In this document: piece after piece, positions 48,772 to 61,960 of the stretch
Layout of the letters: each line of letters begins with the position of its first letter
Numbering within the stretch: the stretch's first letter is position 1
From: Raja brachyura
Lineage: Eukaryota
DNA length: 64,000 bases
Assembly: GCA_963514005.1 (NCBI GenBank)
Contig: OY740814.1
Coordinates: 11,656,001 to 11,720,000, forward strand
Direction of reading: 5' to 3'
Translations under genes and position numbers: made by a program
The notes under the pieces: generated by a model
What the model was told of the DNA's origin: nothing
Databases searched by the model: none
What the model saw: only the letters and a program-made list of their open reading frames with translations

Positions 48772-50810
48772 AACTGAAATAGTATTTAATTTAGGAATTG
48801 GTCTAATATAGGTAACAACAGAGTGAAGTTCATTATTTTTACATAACAGACACAAGTAGACCAGTTCCTCCAGTTGTTCATACATCAAACTCCAGCTAAT
48901 AGTTTGTTCACAATATCATCCACAATCCTGGTCAAATCCCATTTGGCTCAATTCCCTTAAACTCCAAATATTGTTGAATATTCACAATAAGCATCAAAAA
49001 ACTAGTAGTAAAAATTTGACAAATTCACAGTTAAGACATACTTATTACTCCAATCCGAGCAGCCATCCACTTTGTCCTGGAAACTTCAGTTAAAGGAAGA
49101 AGCAATTACATTTCCAAAGGGGCAACATCATCTTACATGGGTCTTTAAATTAAGATCCAGACTATCCGCTCACCATTGTAAGGGCAAAGGAATTCTCACT
49201 AGTGCTCTGGTCATCATTTATTCCATCAGCCAAGATCACAACCCTTGAGCATGAGAGCTGCATGTGAAATCTTGCATGTAAATTATCTGCCAAATTTCTT
49301 ATAACAGCAGCGACACTTCAAAAGTACTTCCTTGTCTCCATAAAAATATTGCAACAGTTTGCAGACTGTTTGCAATCCCATTCACAGGTAAGTGCACATC
49401 TGCTTTGGTTGCTATAAAGAACAGCATCAATAGAAATGTTGTGATAACCAGAGGCTGAATTGTGCAGTGTTTCAATTGCAAATACAAGCATTGCTTTGAA
49501 AAAGTAAGCTTACTGCACTCAGTTAGGTAAATGTTGATACAGAAACATAACTTCTAGAACATTAAAGCTTCACAACGATCAATACTGAGAAAGACCTTCA
49601 CAAAGGGTTGCCCTGCTGGTTTATAAGATGCCATGGTGAGAGAACTAATTTTTATCAATGAACTCAAAATCAAAGTACTTATATGATCAAATTACATTTT
49701 TATTCTTTTAAAATTGGTTCATAGTCGATAATGATTTTTATGTATGAGATTAGATGCCTAAGATTCAACGTACAAAATATATATTGTCATTCTTGAAAGG
49801 TAAAGTAATCGACGTCAGTTGCATTGAATTAGCAGGAGACTTCAACCTGCGTTAATGCTGCATCACAGGGCTGTCCTCGTGGGATTTAAAGAAGCATAAA
49901 TACTCTCTCAGCATTCACATGATTTAACAGAGACCAATTCAGCAAGACTTAAAAATCAACAGCTATGAGCAATAGATACCTTGGGATGTAGATTAGTGAT
50001 TTATGCAAAGCTAAATGTATGGTAGATTTCTGCACAGGTATTTAAAAAAAAATGCAAACTATATTTTGGTTGAATCATAGGCTGATGTGTGATCTTTTGT
50101 GGGCTGGAAAGCGCCGTCTCCTTATTTAAAAATTTAAACTTTTTTTTAAAATCGATCAGTGAAAAAAAAATAACTGCAAATGAATATTTATATTTTCAGT
50201 TTTGCTATGCATGAATGGCCAAATACAAAAAACAAAAAGAGACCACAAACACATTTGGTTACAAAGCATGACCAATATTTCCTGACTGTATACAGCTTTC
50301 ATTATCATTCAGAAGAAGCAAACTACATATTTGTGCAGTGACATTGTAGAAAACATTTGGTTCCAATCTGGGGGGAAACACATTGTTACCAGTAAATGCT
50401 GATTAGGATCGAAAAGGGGAACATTAAATATATGAGTTTTGATGATCTATACCTTGGCCTATTGATTTGCTTTCCGTACTTCAAAAGTTGTTAACTATTG
50501 GTTTCAATATTACGCTTCTTTAAACAAAAAAATAACTCCAACACTTTGCTGCATGGATGACAGAAAGGATATACAAATACAACAACAGAAGAAAGTTCAC
50601 ACTGAACCATTTATCAAAAAAAAGGATGTTAATCATTCATAAATATTCTAGAATTCCGAATTAATAAAATCTGAAGTGAAAATTTCAATTATTGATAAAT
50701 GATAACCCTTTAAGTTTGCTAACTTTTTGAACACATGAATTTACAAGACACATACGACTGCTTTTTCATCAACCAAATCATCACATTATACTGAGTGATG
50801 AGTACACTGC

Positions 50811-50827
50811 CACCAGTAGGGGGCACA
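50811..50827 (+). promoter_or_regulatory. Putative CTCF site (forward orientation)
   Basis: caCCAGTAGGGGGCACa matches the consensus core fully. Confidence 0.62.
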
Positions 50828-52299
50828 ACTTTCAACTATGTTCTGGCTCACTCCACCCTTTTCACCGATGCGTCAAAGCAGAACAACTCCATTGCATTTG
50901 CTTGCCCCGACACATCTGCACATAAAGGAAACACTTAAGGATGCACAGAGCAAGTCAGCGCAATTGACATCACTAGCTGGAGCCCAACAAGGGAACTGCT
51001 TTTTGGTAAATTAGCCTTAAAGTAAATTGTTTAAACATAATTATCTAATTAGAAAGATCTTACATAAAAATCTCCTACTTGCAATCTGTAAGAACATATA
51101 TCAGTTCAGTGACTAATTGAGTTTGTCCACACACCGCTTCACATAACTTATGCACTCTTTCCATCTATGATATATTGTCAGTGTCCTCATCCTCTTTACA
51201 AAAACACCATCTGTATAGCAGGGGACAATTGGAAAGCCCAAAACCAAACTGACACAACTATACCGCCCGAGCCATCCAGGTGCACGAATGGTTTGGCAAG
51301 CACTCAATTTCCCCTTTGTGGCAAAATACCTTCCCAACACTGGCAACTGCTTCAATAATTTAAACTTTTCCAACCCATTCTCCTGCTGTAGCAGTGACAT
51401 AATACAATATTTTTTCTAGGTGTACTGTTAAAAAAGCATCTTCTCACCTTCTCTCCTTCCCTGCAGCCGCAATCCATTCAAAATATTATATTACCTATAC
51501 CAAACGTTATCAGTCAACCAGTCCTGTGGTTCAATCTATAAAAGTCCAGAGGAACCCACGTTTCAAACTCAATGGCAGAAAATACCAGACTGACTGAGGT
51601 AATGGGAATTCCTTTAACTGGGAAGCAAACCCGAAAATCACAACTACAAAAATAGGCAATTGTTCTGACTATCAAGACTGGTGGGCCATAAAGTTAATCT
51701 CAAGATCTAATCTTGCAAGTATCAAGCTTCATTTATCAAATACCTCGCGGCTTTGTTGTGATAGCTCGGAATGAACTGCAAAGCAAATTATGTTTAATTT
51801 CTCAGAAGTGCAAAATACTCAAAATGTCTAAATTATAAAGTAGTCTGTGCTTCAACATTGCCCTAATCCTATCCAAATACAGATAAGGATCTGGAACAGA
51901 ATGGGGTTCTATTGTAATACCTAAAGGCAATCACATCCCATATACACTGAAATTAACACTGAGCACAGGTGAGAGAAATGGATGAAGGGAAATGGAATTT
52001 GGTGATGGGGCTGGGGAAAGTAAAAAGCAAGTACGGGGATGTGAGTGAGGTGGGGAGCCGAGTACATGACGAGTGTGTGGACGACGACACCTGAAATTGG
52101 GGTGAATGTGCCCATGTCAGAGTTAGATGGAACTAACTTTGGGGAGTGATGCGTCAAGGTACTCACTGTAGCATTCCAAGACCTGATCTTGTATCCACAC
52201 TATGACTGTGGTTACCACAGTTCAGTTCTGGTCAACAGTAACTTCATGATATTGATAGTGCAAGTATCAAGGATAGTAATGCCCTGAACATGTCAAAAA

Positions 52300-52742
52300 T
52301 CAAGTGTGTTTAATTATCATATGTACCGAAACAATACAATGAAATTCTTACTTGTAGCACCTTAACAGGTCAGTAAATGCAGCACTCAATATATAATATC
52401 GCAACAAATTCATAAATAAAAATACCCAATATTTGTGTAAAATAAAACAAATGCCCAAAGTCCCTATAGCAACCAAGATAGTTTGTATTATGCAATTTAG
52501 GTAGTGTTTGTAGTGTTGAATAACCTGATAGTTGTCGGGTAGCTGTCCTGAAGCAGGATGTCAGAACCTTCTTGCTGATGGCAGGAGTGAAATGAGAATG
52601 TGGCCAGTATGGTGTGGGTCTTTGATGATGCTGGCTGCCCTTATGAGGCAATGCCTCCTATTGATCCCGTCGAAGGTGGAGACATCAGTACTCATGATGG
52701 ATCAGGCCGTGTCCACCATTTTTTGTAACCTCCTTCGGTCCT
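52300..52742 (-). mobile_element. Rex1/L2-like LINE 3' fragment
   Basis: Minus remnant aagggcagccagcatcatcaaagacccacaccat..cattctcatttcactcctgccatcag (KAASIIKDP-HP...LLPS-RR type). Confidence 0.75.
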
Positions 52743-52744
52743 AG

Positions 52745-54290
52745 ATGTGATAGCATTTTTTTCTCCTGCTGGATATCAATGCCTGGTACTTGTATAGCAT
52801 AACTGTTATCTGCCATTTATCAGCCCATGCCAGAATATTGTCCAGGTCTTGTAGTACGCCATTTCATTACGTAAATTGCTTCATTTGCATACTTTACATA
52901 CTTCTGACTTTACAACTGAAGGAAGATCATGAATGAAGGAGCTGAAGATCTTTTAACCTCTGAAACAACCCCAAGAAACTCCTGCAGATGTCCTGTGGCT
53001 GAGTTGACCTCCTTGTAGGTATGTTACAATACCTACCTTTAGCAGCGCTGCAGTTCTGCCGCTCCCCGTGTGCGCGACTTTGGCGCCTTTCAGAAGGGGA
53101 CGGGTTTAAAATGCCGATTTTCTCTAGGCAGTCCAAGTCGATCCATGTCGGGCGATTTCGTCGCTAAAGAGAAATCACTCCGACATTTCATTCATAAAGG
53201 TATTTTTAAACTACGCTAGATTATTTATTAACTAGAGTAGTTTAAAAATCATCTTCTAAAGCTCTGAATGGTGACAGCGGAACGGACCTAAGGTAGGCGA
53301 TAAAAGAAGCTACACAGTTTATTTTTACATAACAACTTGGTTTTTAGGAAGGCTTTAAATCACATTTTCATGTTGCGAAAAGGGAACAAAAAAAATGTAT
53401 GAACCGGCTGTATTTTTCATACTGACTTCACCGCAAACCGCAGCATTCCAATCCACCCCATTCCACTAAAACCCACTCGCTAGTTGATTTAAATGGCCAT
53501 TAATTTACAGGCATTAAACACTAAATTCCTTCCATTTGGCCCAGAAATTCATGAAAATGAGATTTAAAAATTATGTTATATTGTGGATTATTGTGTGAAT
53601 GTTATTAGGACACTTAGGCAATTTTTAAAAAGTTTATCTTTTCTTAAGAAATGGATAGATGTTTAGATCTACTCACTGAATTTTGTAATTAGCTACAATT
53701 AGATAACTAACTAATTATATGCTTTAATTTCAGGTCATCCAAGTAAGATTGTTTCATATTTGTTTCAGAATGCTTCAATCTATAATAACTGAAAATTTCA
53801 TTGAGTTCTCTTAATTTTTAAGAAAGTTATGGGCTTTTAACTGTTCTAGATCACAGCTTTTGAGTTAAGTCAATTGAAAGGCAATGGGGAACAAGATGCT
53901 AATTTCCGAGTATGAAAATTGTCATAACTTTCTTAATACTGAAGATATGAACGTGAATTAGGTGTCAAATTAAACTTTTTATGCTTTATCTGATGGGATA
54001 AATTGCAGACTTGATTTTTAAAATCTCAAAATTTTGTAACCTTGTGGTTATCTTTCTTGTTGCTGTGTAATTCCAACAAACAGAGGGTTTTCCCCGATTC
54101 CATTTGACTCCAGTCTAGCCAAGTCAAATGTCTTGAATGTCAAAGGCACCTACTCTCTCTTCACCTCTGATGTTCAAGTCTTTTATCCATGTTTGGTCTT
54201 TGGGGCATCTGTGAACAACAGGTTGTTGTTAAGAATGCTTGACAGTACTGTTAATTATGCCTTCCATTACTTTATTGATGATCGAAAGTA
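52745..54290 (-). mobile_element. Old CR1-like remnant split by a ~1 kb insertion
   Basis: CR1-type RT-region sequence at 52745-53010 continues at 54045-54290. Confidence 0.5.
53017..54039. mobile_element. Unclassified ~1 kb insertion, possibly a non-autonomous DNA transposon
   Basis: Direct repeat ccttgt at 53011-53016 and 54040-54045, short inverted gttacaa/ttgtaac near the ends, CpG-rich left part, no ORF. Confidence 0.5.
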
Positions 54291-54469
54291 TCCAAATCCT
54301 CAAAAGACAAAATCCCTTAATTTGAGACAGTGACACCCCAACCAAGGGAAACAATGCATTTATCACATCCACTTTTTTTTAATTTATTTTTATTTTTTTA
54401 AAGGTTATACTATTAGCCCACAAATAATCAACGAGAATAAGGACATATGTAGATAAAATCACAGAAAGG

Positions 54470-54987
54470 TAATAATAATAATATCTTTTATTGTCATTAC
54501 ACATAAGTGCAACGAAATTTGGTTTGCAACTTCGAGATTTCGGTTTGCAACCCCCGAGAACAAGGTTTGTAAAAACGAACATTTGACCGGTAACATCAAC
54601 ACAGACTAAAGTGCAAGGCCAGGGGAGATAGTCCATGGGGGGGGGGGGGGGGGGGTACTCAGCAGGGCCGGTTCAGAGCCGCTATAGCTCTGGGAATGAA
54701 GCTATTCCTGAGTCTGGTGTTGCGGGCGTAGAAGGCCTTGTAACGTCTGCCGGAAGGGAGTAGTTCGAACAGTCCATTACAAGGGTGAGAGGAGTCTTTA
54801 TGGATGCTGGCGGCCTTCCTGATGCACCGTGTGTGGTAGATGCCCTCCAAGGCTGGTAGCGGTGTCCCAATAATCTGTTGCGCTCTGTGGACAACGCACT
54901 GAAGAGCTCTCCTCTCCGCCTCCGTGCAGCTGAGATACCACACAGAGATGCCATACGTTAGTATGCTCTCTGTGGTGCAGCGGTATA
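54470..54987 (-). mobile_element. Rex1/Babar/L2-like LINE 3' end, young
   Basis: Intact ORF2 C-terminus YRCTTESILTYGISVWY...LPSGRRYKAFYARNTRLRNSFIPRAIAALN, then aatgacaataaa and an (att)n tail. Confidence 0.88.
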
Positions 54988-56000
54988 AGGTATAAAAGCA
55001 ATATGGTTTCATCGGTGAGAATTTTCACTTTCGCAATATTGACTAGGATTGCTTTATTCCAAGGGAATTGGATAGGGTAGAGTTCATAAAATGCATGCCT
55101 ATGTCCAAATAATACTATTTGAATTGAAGTGGAAACAGGTGGCAAGCTTGGAAGGCAGGTTAGATAAGACATATGCGTCGTATTCTTTGAAGTAATTATC
55201 AATGAAGCAAGGCTGCTGAGCTGAGGACGCACAGACTCATGTGGAACTATAGTCTAACCACTACAAAAACACATTTGAGGCCATGAATTGCAGCTCATTA
55301 TTCGTAATTACAATTTCAGATATGAAATATGGGTGTCATTGCAATACTGGTTAAAAGACAATTACAGCTGTGCAAACAACTGATATACTGGTAAGAAAAA
55401 AAAAGTTGCCATATCAGACATATAATGAAAAACCACTTAAACAACATTGCAATCAATATAAGTTACATGTAAAGATTCCAACAGATACCCGCTGCAAAAG
55501 CAATCTGGAATTGAATAATTCAATCGGATTACTACTTAAACAGCAATGCGAGATCACCATAAAATCATGCATATTCCCTTTTTTTCAACCAGGGTTTAAC
55601 ATTAGTTATTTTAGGAATTTTGTAGATTTGAAGATTGTTATCAACAAAACTTGGACAAAGCAAATTTGATTTGACCATCAAGTTAAAATGTACGGAAATT
55701 TTACGAAAATCGCAGAATAGTAAAATCTAAGTTGTATGTTCGCAATGATCAACAATATGCTCTCCATAATATAAGCTGTTTTAAAGACCAAAATATATTT
55801 AACAGCATCTTTCATCAAGAAACCAGGAAAAGAATCATGCGATGAAAAACAGTCATTCTTGGTCCCAATTACACCATTTCAGCTAGATTGTAAGTCTCTT
55901 GCTACCGGAAATATCAGTTCAGATAAGGAATGATAAATGAACATTCTTGCTCTCAGAAGGTTAGAAATTGTGAGTCTACTTGATAAAAATGGCTACTTAC

Positions 56001-56100
56001 CCATTAGGCTTGAGTTCATGAATGGAGTTGGTGACAATCCTTCATGAGATCCTAATCGACTATCATTCAACTGTTCACTGTAAGGACTGTCTGCAAAGGA
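56001..56100 (-). CDS. TCF12: TCF12 coding exon (equivalent to human exon 5), [33 protein letters not shown](G)
   Basis: 100 bp, acceptor ctcttctttttctctag, donor G|gtaagt, phase 0 to 1. Homologous to human [35 protein letters not shown], one codon shorter. Confidence 0.97.
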
Positions 56101-57480
56101 CTAGAGAAAAAGAAGAGTGGTTATATAGTTACTCAAATCTTCCATATAATGGAAAAAAGCATTAAAACAGCAATTTTTATTATATGCTTTGAGTTATGAT
56201 GTGAGGTCATACAATCTTGTGTACTATTTCTAGAAACAACCATGAGAAAACAGCCGAAAGCATCTTAAAATATCTTTTGGTTGGTTAAAATAAAATGTTC
56301 ATAGAGTATTTGGGTGCATACAATTAAACCATACTAACTCATGTCCCTTAATCACCAATTGCAAAATTTTGCTAAGATTTCACAAAGGAAATATAAATTG
56401 TGAATGTACTTGTCTAACTCAGATTTCAATACATCTGGTATCATTCTGAATGTAAGTGAGAGCAAATACAAGTTTCAAAAGACATTTGGATAGATTTACA
56501 GATAGGAGGGGTTTAGAAGGCAAATTGCACTAGCCTAGAATACCATCTTGATCAGCATGGTCAAGGCGGACCAAACGGCCCGTTTTTGTGATGACTCCAA
56601 AGCTATCATGCCAAGTGCAGATCAAATGGATTTCCTGCTCATTCCTCAATCTTCCCAAAGCAAGCATTTCAGATCAACAATTTCTTAAAATAAATCACTA
56701 CAATGCACAGGGGCATTTCAGCATGCCAAAGTCAGAAACACCTGAGAAAAAAAGGCAATTGGGGTTTGGCCGTGTGTTAACTCAGAGCTATGAAGACAAC
56801 GGGTCACTTTTAGGTTCACACTAGGCTACGCGGTAGAAAACATGGATTTCAAACTATCCAGCTAAGCTGGCAATAATTGCTGATGCTGAACAGTGGCCTT
56901 ACTACCAGAGAGTTGAGATGAAAACATCTGCTCAAACAGCTGGATAGTGATGAGAACTGGAATAAACATAAGGAGCTCACCATGCTGTTACTTGTTCAAA
57001 AATGAGAAATTAGGCAAAAATAGGAATCCTACATGAGTCTGGATTATTTTTCCAATTAGTCTGCCTTCTCAGTTTTCTACAGTAACAGCTCATAGATAGA
57101 GGAAAAGACAAATTTATTGTTTGCACATCCCATTATAATCATTGGAATGGGGTGCACTCGAAAAGCTCAGTTTCTATGGCTCCTATTATGGATACGGTGA
57201 GCACAAAGATTGAAAATGCAAATGATTCTCAACAGAAGTTTAAAACCCAATTGTATTGATTATTTTTCAAATTTTAAGAAACAGTTTAAGAAACTTGAAT
57301 ACCTGAAAACAATTTCATGACGCCCTACAATGCTCCTTTGTAATCAGTTAGGTCATGGATACTTTCTGACACCCAAAATTTAGGTGCTGGACTCCCCAAG
57401 GAGGATCCCAGCCAGACAATTCAGCATTTACACATAGAAATTCAGCTCTCAATTCCTAGAAACATAGTTCCATTGATTTC

Positions 57481-57669
57481 CACGAAGATGGGCTGGAGTA
57501 ACTCAGCGAGACAGGCAACACCTCTGCATAGAAGGAATGGGTGACGTTTCGGATCGAGACCCTTCTTCTGACAAATTCCTTCTATCTAGGGATGTTGCCT
57601 GTCTCGCTGAGTTACTCCAGCATTGTGTGTCCATCTTTGGTGTGAACCAGCATCTGCAGTTCCTTCCTA
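57481..57669. mobile_element. Penelope-pLTR-derived insertion with inverted 5' segment
   Basis: TSD tccattgatttc (57469-57480, 57670-57681). Minus segment 57492-57572, then a plus segment. Confidence 0.88.
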
Positions 57670-60307
57670 TCCATTGATTTCAGTAAGGTTTGAAGGGTGT
57701 TGTTTACTTTATACTTACATGTTTTTACCTTGGATTTTATTAAAATATCATAATATTAATAGTTTTTAAACATTCATAATTTTTTTTAAAGTCGCAACAA
57801 TTTTGACAACTGACGGGAATTTTAGTTCAGGATTTCTCTTTTTCAAGTTCTTAGTACTTCCCACCACCAATTTCTGGAACTCTTCAGGCCGTCCATATCC
57901 AAATCTAGAAGCTTGGGCATGCGGCAGGTACAAGGGCCACTGTGGATTATAAGCCTGTGCCAACAATATCTGATCAGGCAAGAGATTGTTGTCATGAGCA
58001 AATAGCCACTCCAATCTTTTTAAAAAAGATTTAATAAATATCTTGGGGAGATTGATCTCCCAAAACAAAAAAACCTATCATAACTTGCTATTTAACCACT
58101 TTGCGCAGACTATCGGCAAATATTAGACAACTTGCTGTTCATCAGAACCATTTTTGTTTTCCCCCCATAGCTGCAGTCTTTTCTGCTCAGAAATAAATAC
58201 TGAAAATAAAAGGTCCATTTTATTAGTAAAGAGAGTGTGTTTTGTCTATCTTATGAAATGAAATGCATTCAACTTTCAATAAACTAGAATTTAGTATTAA
58301 TTGGCAGTGTCTACAGAACAGGTTACTATCACCCCTGCACAAAACAAATAAATGATAAAAAAGGCAGACTTTTCAGTATCTAATTAAGTTATTTTTTAAT
58401 AGAAGTCCAAGTGCAACTTGAAAATGAAATCTCATAGTGAGTAGACAGAAAAGTATGACCAAGTAGTAGAAATGGGCTTTGGGGGGGGGGGGGGGGGTGG
58501 AGGAGATAATTAGATCACATCACCAGAGTGGAAGCAGATGATCAGAGCATTGGAACGAGTACGCAATTTTAAGTCATCATGGGATCAAATGACACCAAGG
58601 TTCAACTTTAGTCAGTTGACAAGGAAACAATTTCTAGCTGGGACCAAAGACAATAACTTCACTGTCTCACTAAGAGATTTCTGTTCAAGATTTAGATACA
58701 GAACAAAATCTGCCAATTTTGAGACAGCATACAAATAGTGAACAGCCAGGTGTATATCAATAGACACTGACACTATGTTTGAATATTATATCTAAAAGGG
58801 CAGAGTGCAGATGAAAAATAAACAAATAATTTGTAAGGCATCTAGCACTGCAGTAGCATTATCCGCCTGGTGTGTTGATGAATTAACTTTACAATATGGA
58901 TCTTCCCCAGTTTACTGGGAGACCAGTAGGATGCATTTGCCGGCTGCAGTGGAGCTGCAGACATCTTCTGCTGTGTGAGAACATTATTCTGAGCAGTATC
59001 TGAACGGTAAAGTTAAATGCCCTGGCTTAACTACACAATGCCTTGGTTGACCAATATTTTTATTTAAGTATATTGCCAGGCAGCCGCTTTTACAACTTGC
59101 AAACACATCGGGCGACAAACTGCTCTTAGGAACTGGGAGGATCTGTACAGCTATAAATGAACCCGTCATACTGGGAATGCAGTGGCTTCTCTAAACTGCA
59201 TTCCATGCCCGTGTGCAATGCCAAAAGAGGCTTACTAATATTAAATAGCAGCTGAAATAAGATCATCTTATTTTCTAGCAAGCAGAAATGGTTAAAACTG
59301 AAAAATACTGTTACTTAAAATACCCGTGCATTTGAAATAAAACTAGGATGTCTGAATTACAAACTTACCAAAGCATATCAATCAATTTTAATTCCTGTAA
59401 TTATGCCCCACATCTGCTTTAAGAAAGATAAGCTACCTTCCTGGGAAGGTTAACAGTACATTTACAGGAGAATACAGAACCTCTTCAGCAATTCTTTTCA
59501 TATCTTTGTTGTTGACTCAAAGCCAGGATGACAACCGAATGAACATGAAGATCAAGGGCAACAAAGTAAAAATATACAGATTTACAAGACCACAGGGCAG
59601 CACAAGACTCACAAAAATAGGGTTCAAGACAACTTCTGCAGCCTAAAACCTAGAATCCTCTGAGACTATTAGATCAGCAGTCACTGAACATTCATCATTC
59701 CCTAGGCTGAAGGCAAACTTTCAAGACAGCATTAATAGGGCAAAAACAGGCTACACGATCTGTGCTACGTGCCATCAGTTCAACCAAAGGGCTCGTGACT
59801 GCTGGCTAAATAAGTCAAATCACTGCCTGCTTATGGATGCATGTCACAGCTTCTTCTGCTATTCAGTTATTTGCCTACTCCACAAGATGAGGTGTACAAG
59901 CTTTACTGATTAAAGGACACTGGACAGATGCAATTGGTAGTACACATAAAAATGCAATGTTCCCATGCTACCTTTTAAAATGTTAAGCACCTGTTATTAA
60001 TGTGTTTTATGTTTGACAAGACGCTGGAATGTTTATCAAGATGCTGGAATATTTATCTAGAGAATGGATGAACTTCAAAAAAAAAAAATCACTTCATGCC
60101 AGGGACGACTTACCAAACTACAAACGCAGGTTGTATCAAATTAGTAATGCTGCACCTTACATCAAAATTCTACAGTGAGAAAAAACTACTTCAATTGCAC
60201 AAAGTAGTCACAGTAAGGTTGCAGAAACATGATCCTAATTTTTGCTTCTGTCTCATAACTCCAATGATTTCCATGCGAGTGTGCTGTGCAGCAAAAACAT
60301 TTGGAAC

Positions 60308-60982
60308 TCAAGGTTTCAAGGTCAGTTTATTGTCACATGTACCAATTAAGGTACAGTGAAATCTGAGTTACCATACTAAGTGAAAAGCAACAAGACACAC
60401 AACCACATAAAAGTTAACATAAACATCCATCATAGTGGATTACACATTCTTCACTGTGACGGAAGGCAATAAAGTTCAATCTTCTTCCTCTTTGTTCTCC
60501 TGCGGTCAGGCCGATCAAAACCCCCGCAGCCGACGGTCAAACCCCCATCGGGGTGATCGAAATTCTCGCGCCGGGGCAATTGAAACTCTCCCGAGTCGGC
60601 CTCTTCTTGCCAGAGTCCGCAGGCTTCACGATGTCCACAGGCCCCGGGGTTGGAGCTTCGATCCCTGGCAAAGGGATCGCAAGCTCCGCGATGTTAAAGT
60701 ACCACAGACTCCCGCAGCATAGAGCACCTGCCATCTCCAAGAAAGGCTACCAACTCCACGATGTTGCGCCGCAGTGGGGATGGAGATACGATACAGGGGA
60801 AAAAAAAAAAAAAAAAAACACGTCCCCGTCGAGGTAAGAGATTGAAAAAAAGTTTCCCCACCGCCCACATAAAACAAACCGAGGAACATTAAACATACTT
60901 TTTAACACATGCTAAAAATGACAAGAAGAAAGGACAGACAGACTGTTGGCGAGGCAGCCACTGCTGGTGGCGCCACCCGGTG
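60308..60982 (-). mobile_element. GC-rich non-autonomous retroposon family, diverged copy D
   Basis: tttattgtcac tail signature, hairpin region cactgtgacggaaggcaa, and 5' end gacagacagact..gaggcagcc..ggcgccacc as in copies B and C. Confidence 0.75.
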
Positions 60983-61659
60983 AGAGTTATATCTGGCAAT
61001 TCACCATCATTGGAGTCCAACTATAAGGGCTAGAGTACTTTTCTTGGCTTCTCAAGGATTGCATTGAGGGAAACAGTCAATTGAATATTGTGTTGGTTTA
61101 GACCTCGCTCAGGATTGCAATCATCAATTTCAATGAGGATCACAGAGTAAATATCAAGGCGATAAAAGAGCCCAATTATCCTTTATTAAATTATTTATTC
61201 GATATTAAATCAGGTTCAAATTTTTTATTTTTTTTTAAACACGTAGTTTTAGGCAAAATCCAGCCTTTTCAGTTACATGTCGTCAAGAGATGATTCCTGC
61301 CCTGAAACAATTAAATCCAAATAAATCTAAACTAGTGGTAGTCATTGGACAGACTGGTTCAATCTTTGCCACAAATATAATCTGAACAAAAACTTTCTGG
61401 TAACAGCCCCATTTCAAACAGCACTACAAATCTCCACCTTTTTCAGCAAGTCATGCCACGGATCCACCTTCCTCAGGTTTTGGTTGGAAATCTAAGTTGG
61501 AGCACCAAAAACTCACTTAGTCATTGCACAGTTAAGCGGTTGCAGTGTTTACATATGATACGTTCCCCATTTTGGTTCAACACCTGATGACAAATGTAAA
61601 GACTCACCCCTTCCCACAAGGGTAACCTTTAGTTTTGCCACATGGACAAACAATCCACA

Positions 61660-61960
61660 ATATTACACCCACTTTTGATGCAATTTCTCAAATAGGCCTC
61701 AAGTTCAAAAGATCATCAGCCTTGAACATATTCAGAGCATTTACAGCCCTCTGGAGGTAGAACGAATATTTTCAGGGAGTCAAGGAATTTCTCTTCATCT
61801 TAGACCTAAACAGCCAATACCTTACCCTAAAATTATATCCCAGTCTCTGCAACACAATGAAACATCCTCTCAACATCCATCATGTCAATCTTGATAAGAA
61901 TCTTTGATGCCATGAGGTCAACCCTCATTGTTCCAATCTGAAGCATATGTCATTTCTTCC
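61660..61960 (-). mobile_element. Degenerate CR1 3' fragment
   Basis: acagccctctggaggtaga..tttctcttcatcttagacctaaa..cttaccctaaaattat, a diverged match to 1300-1500. Confidence 0.55.
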
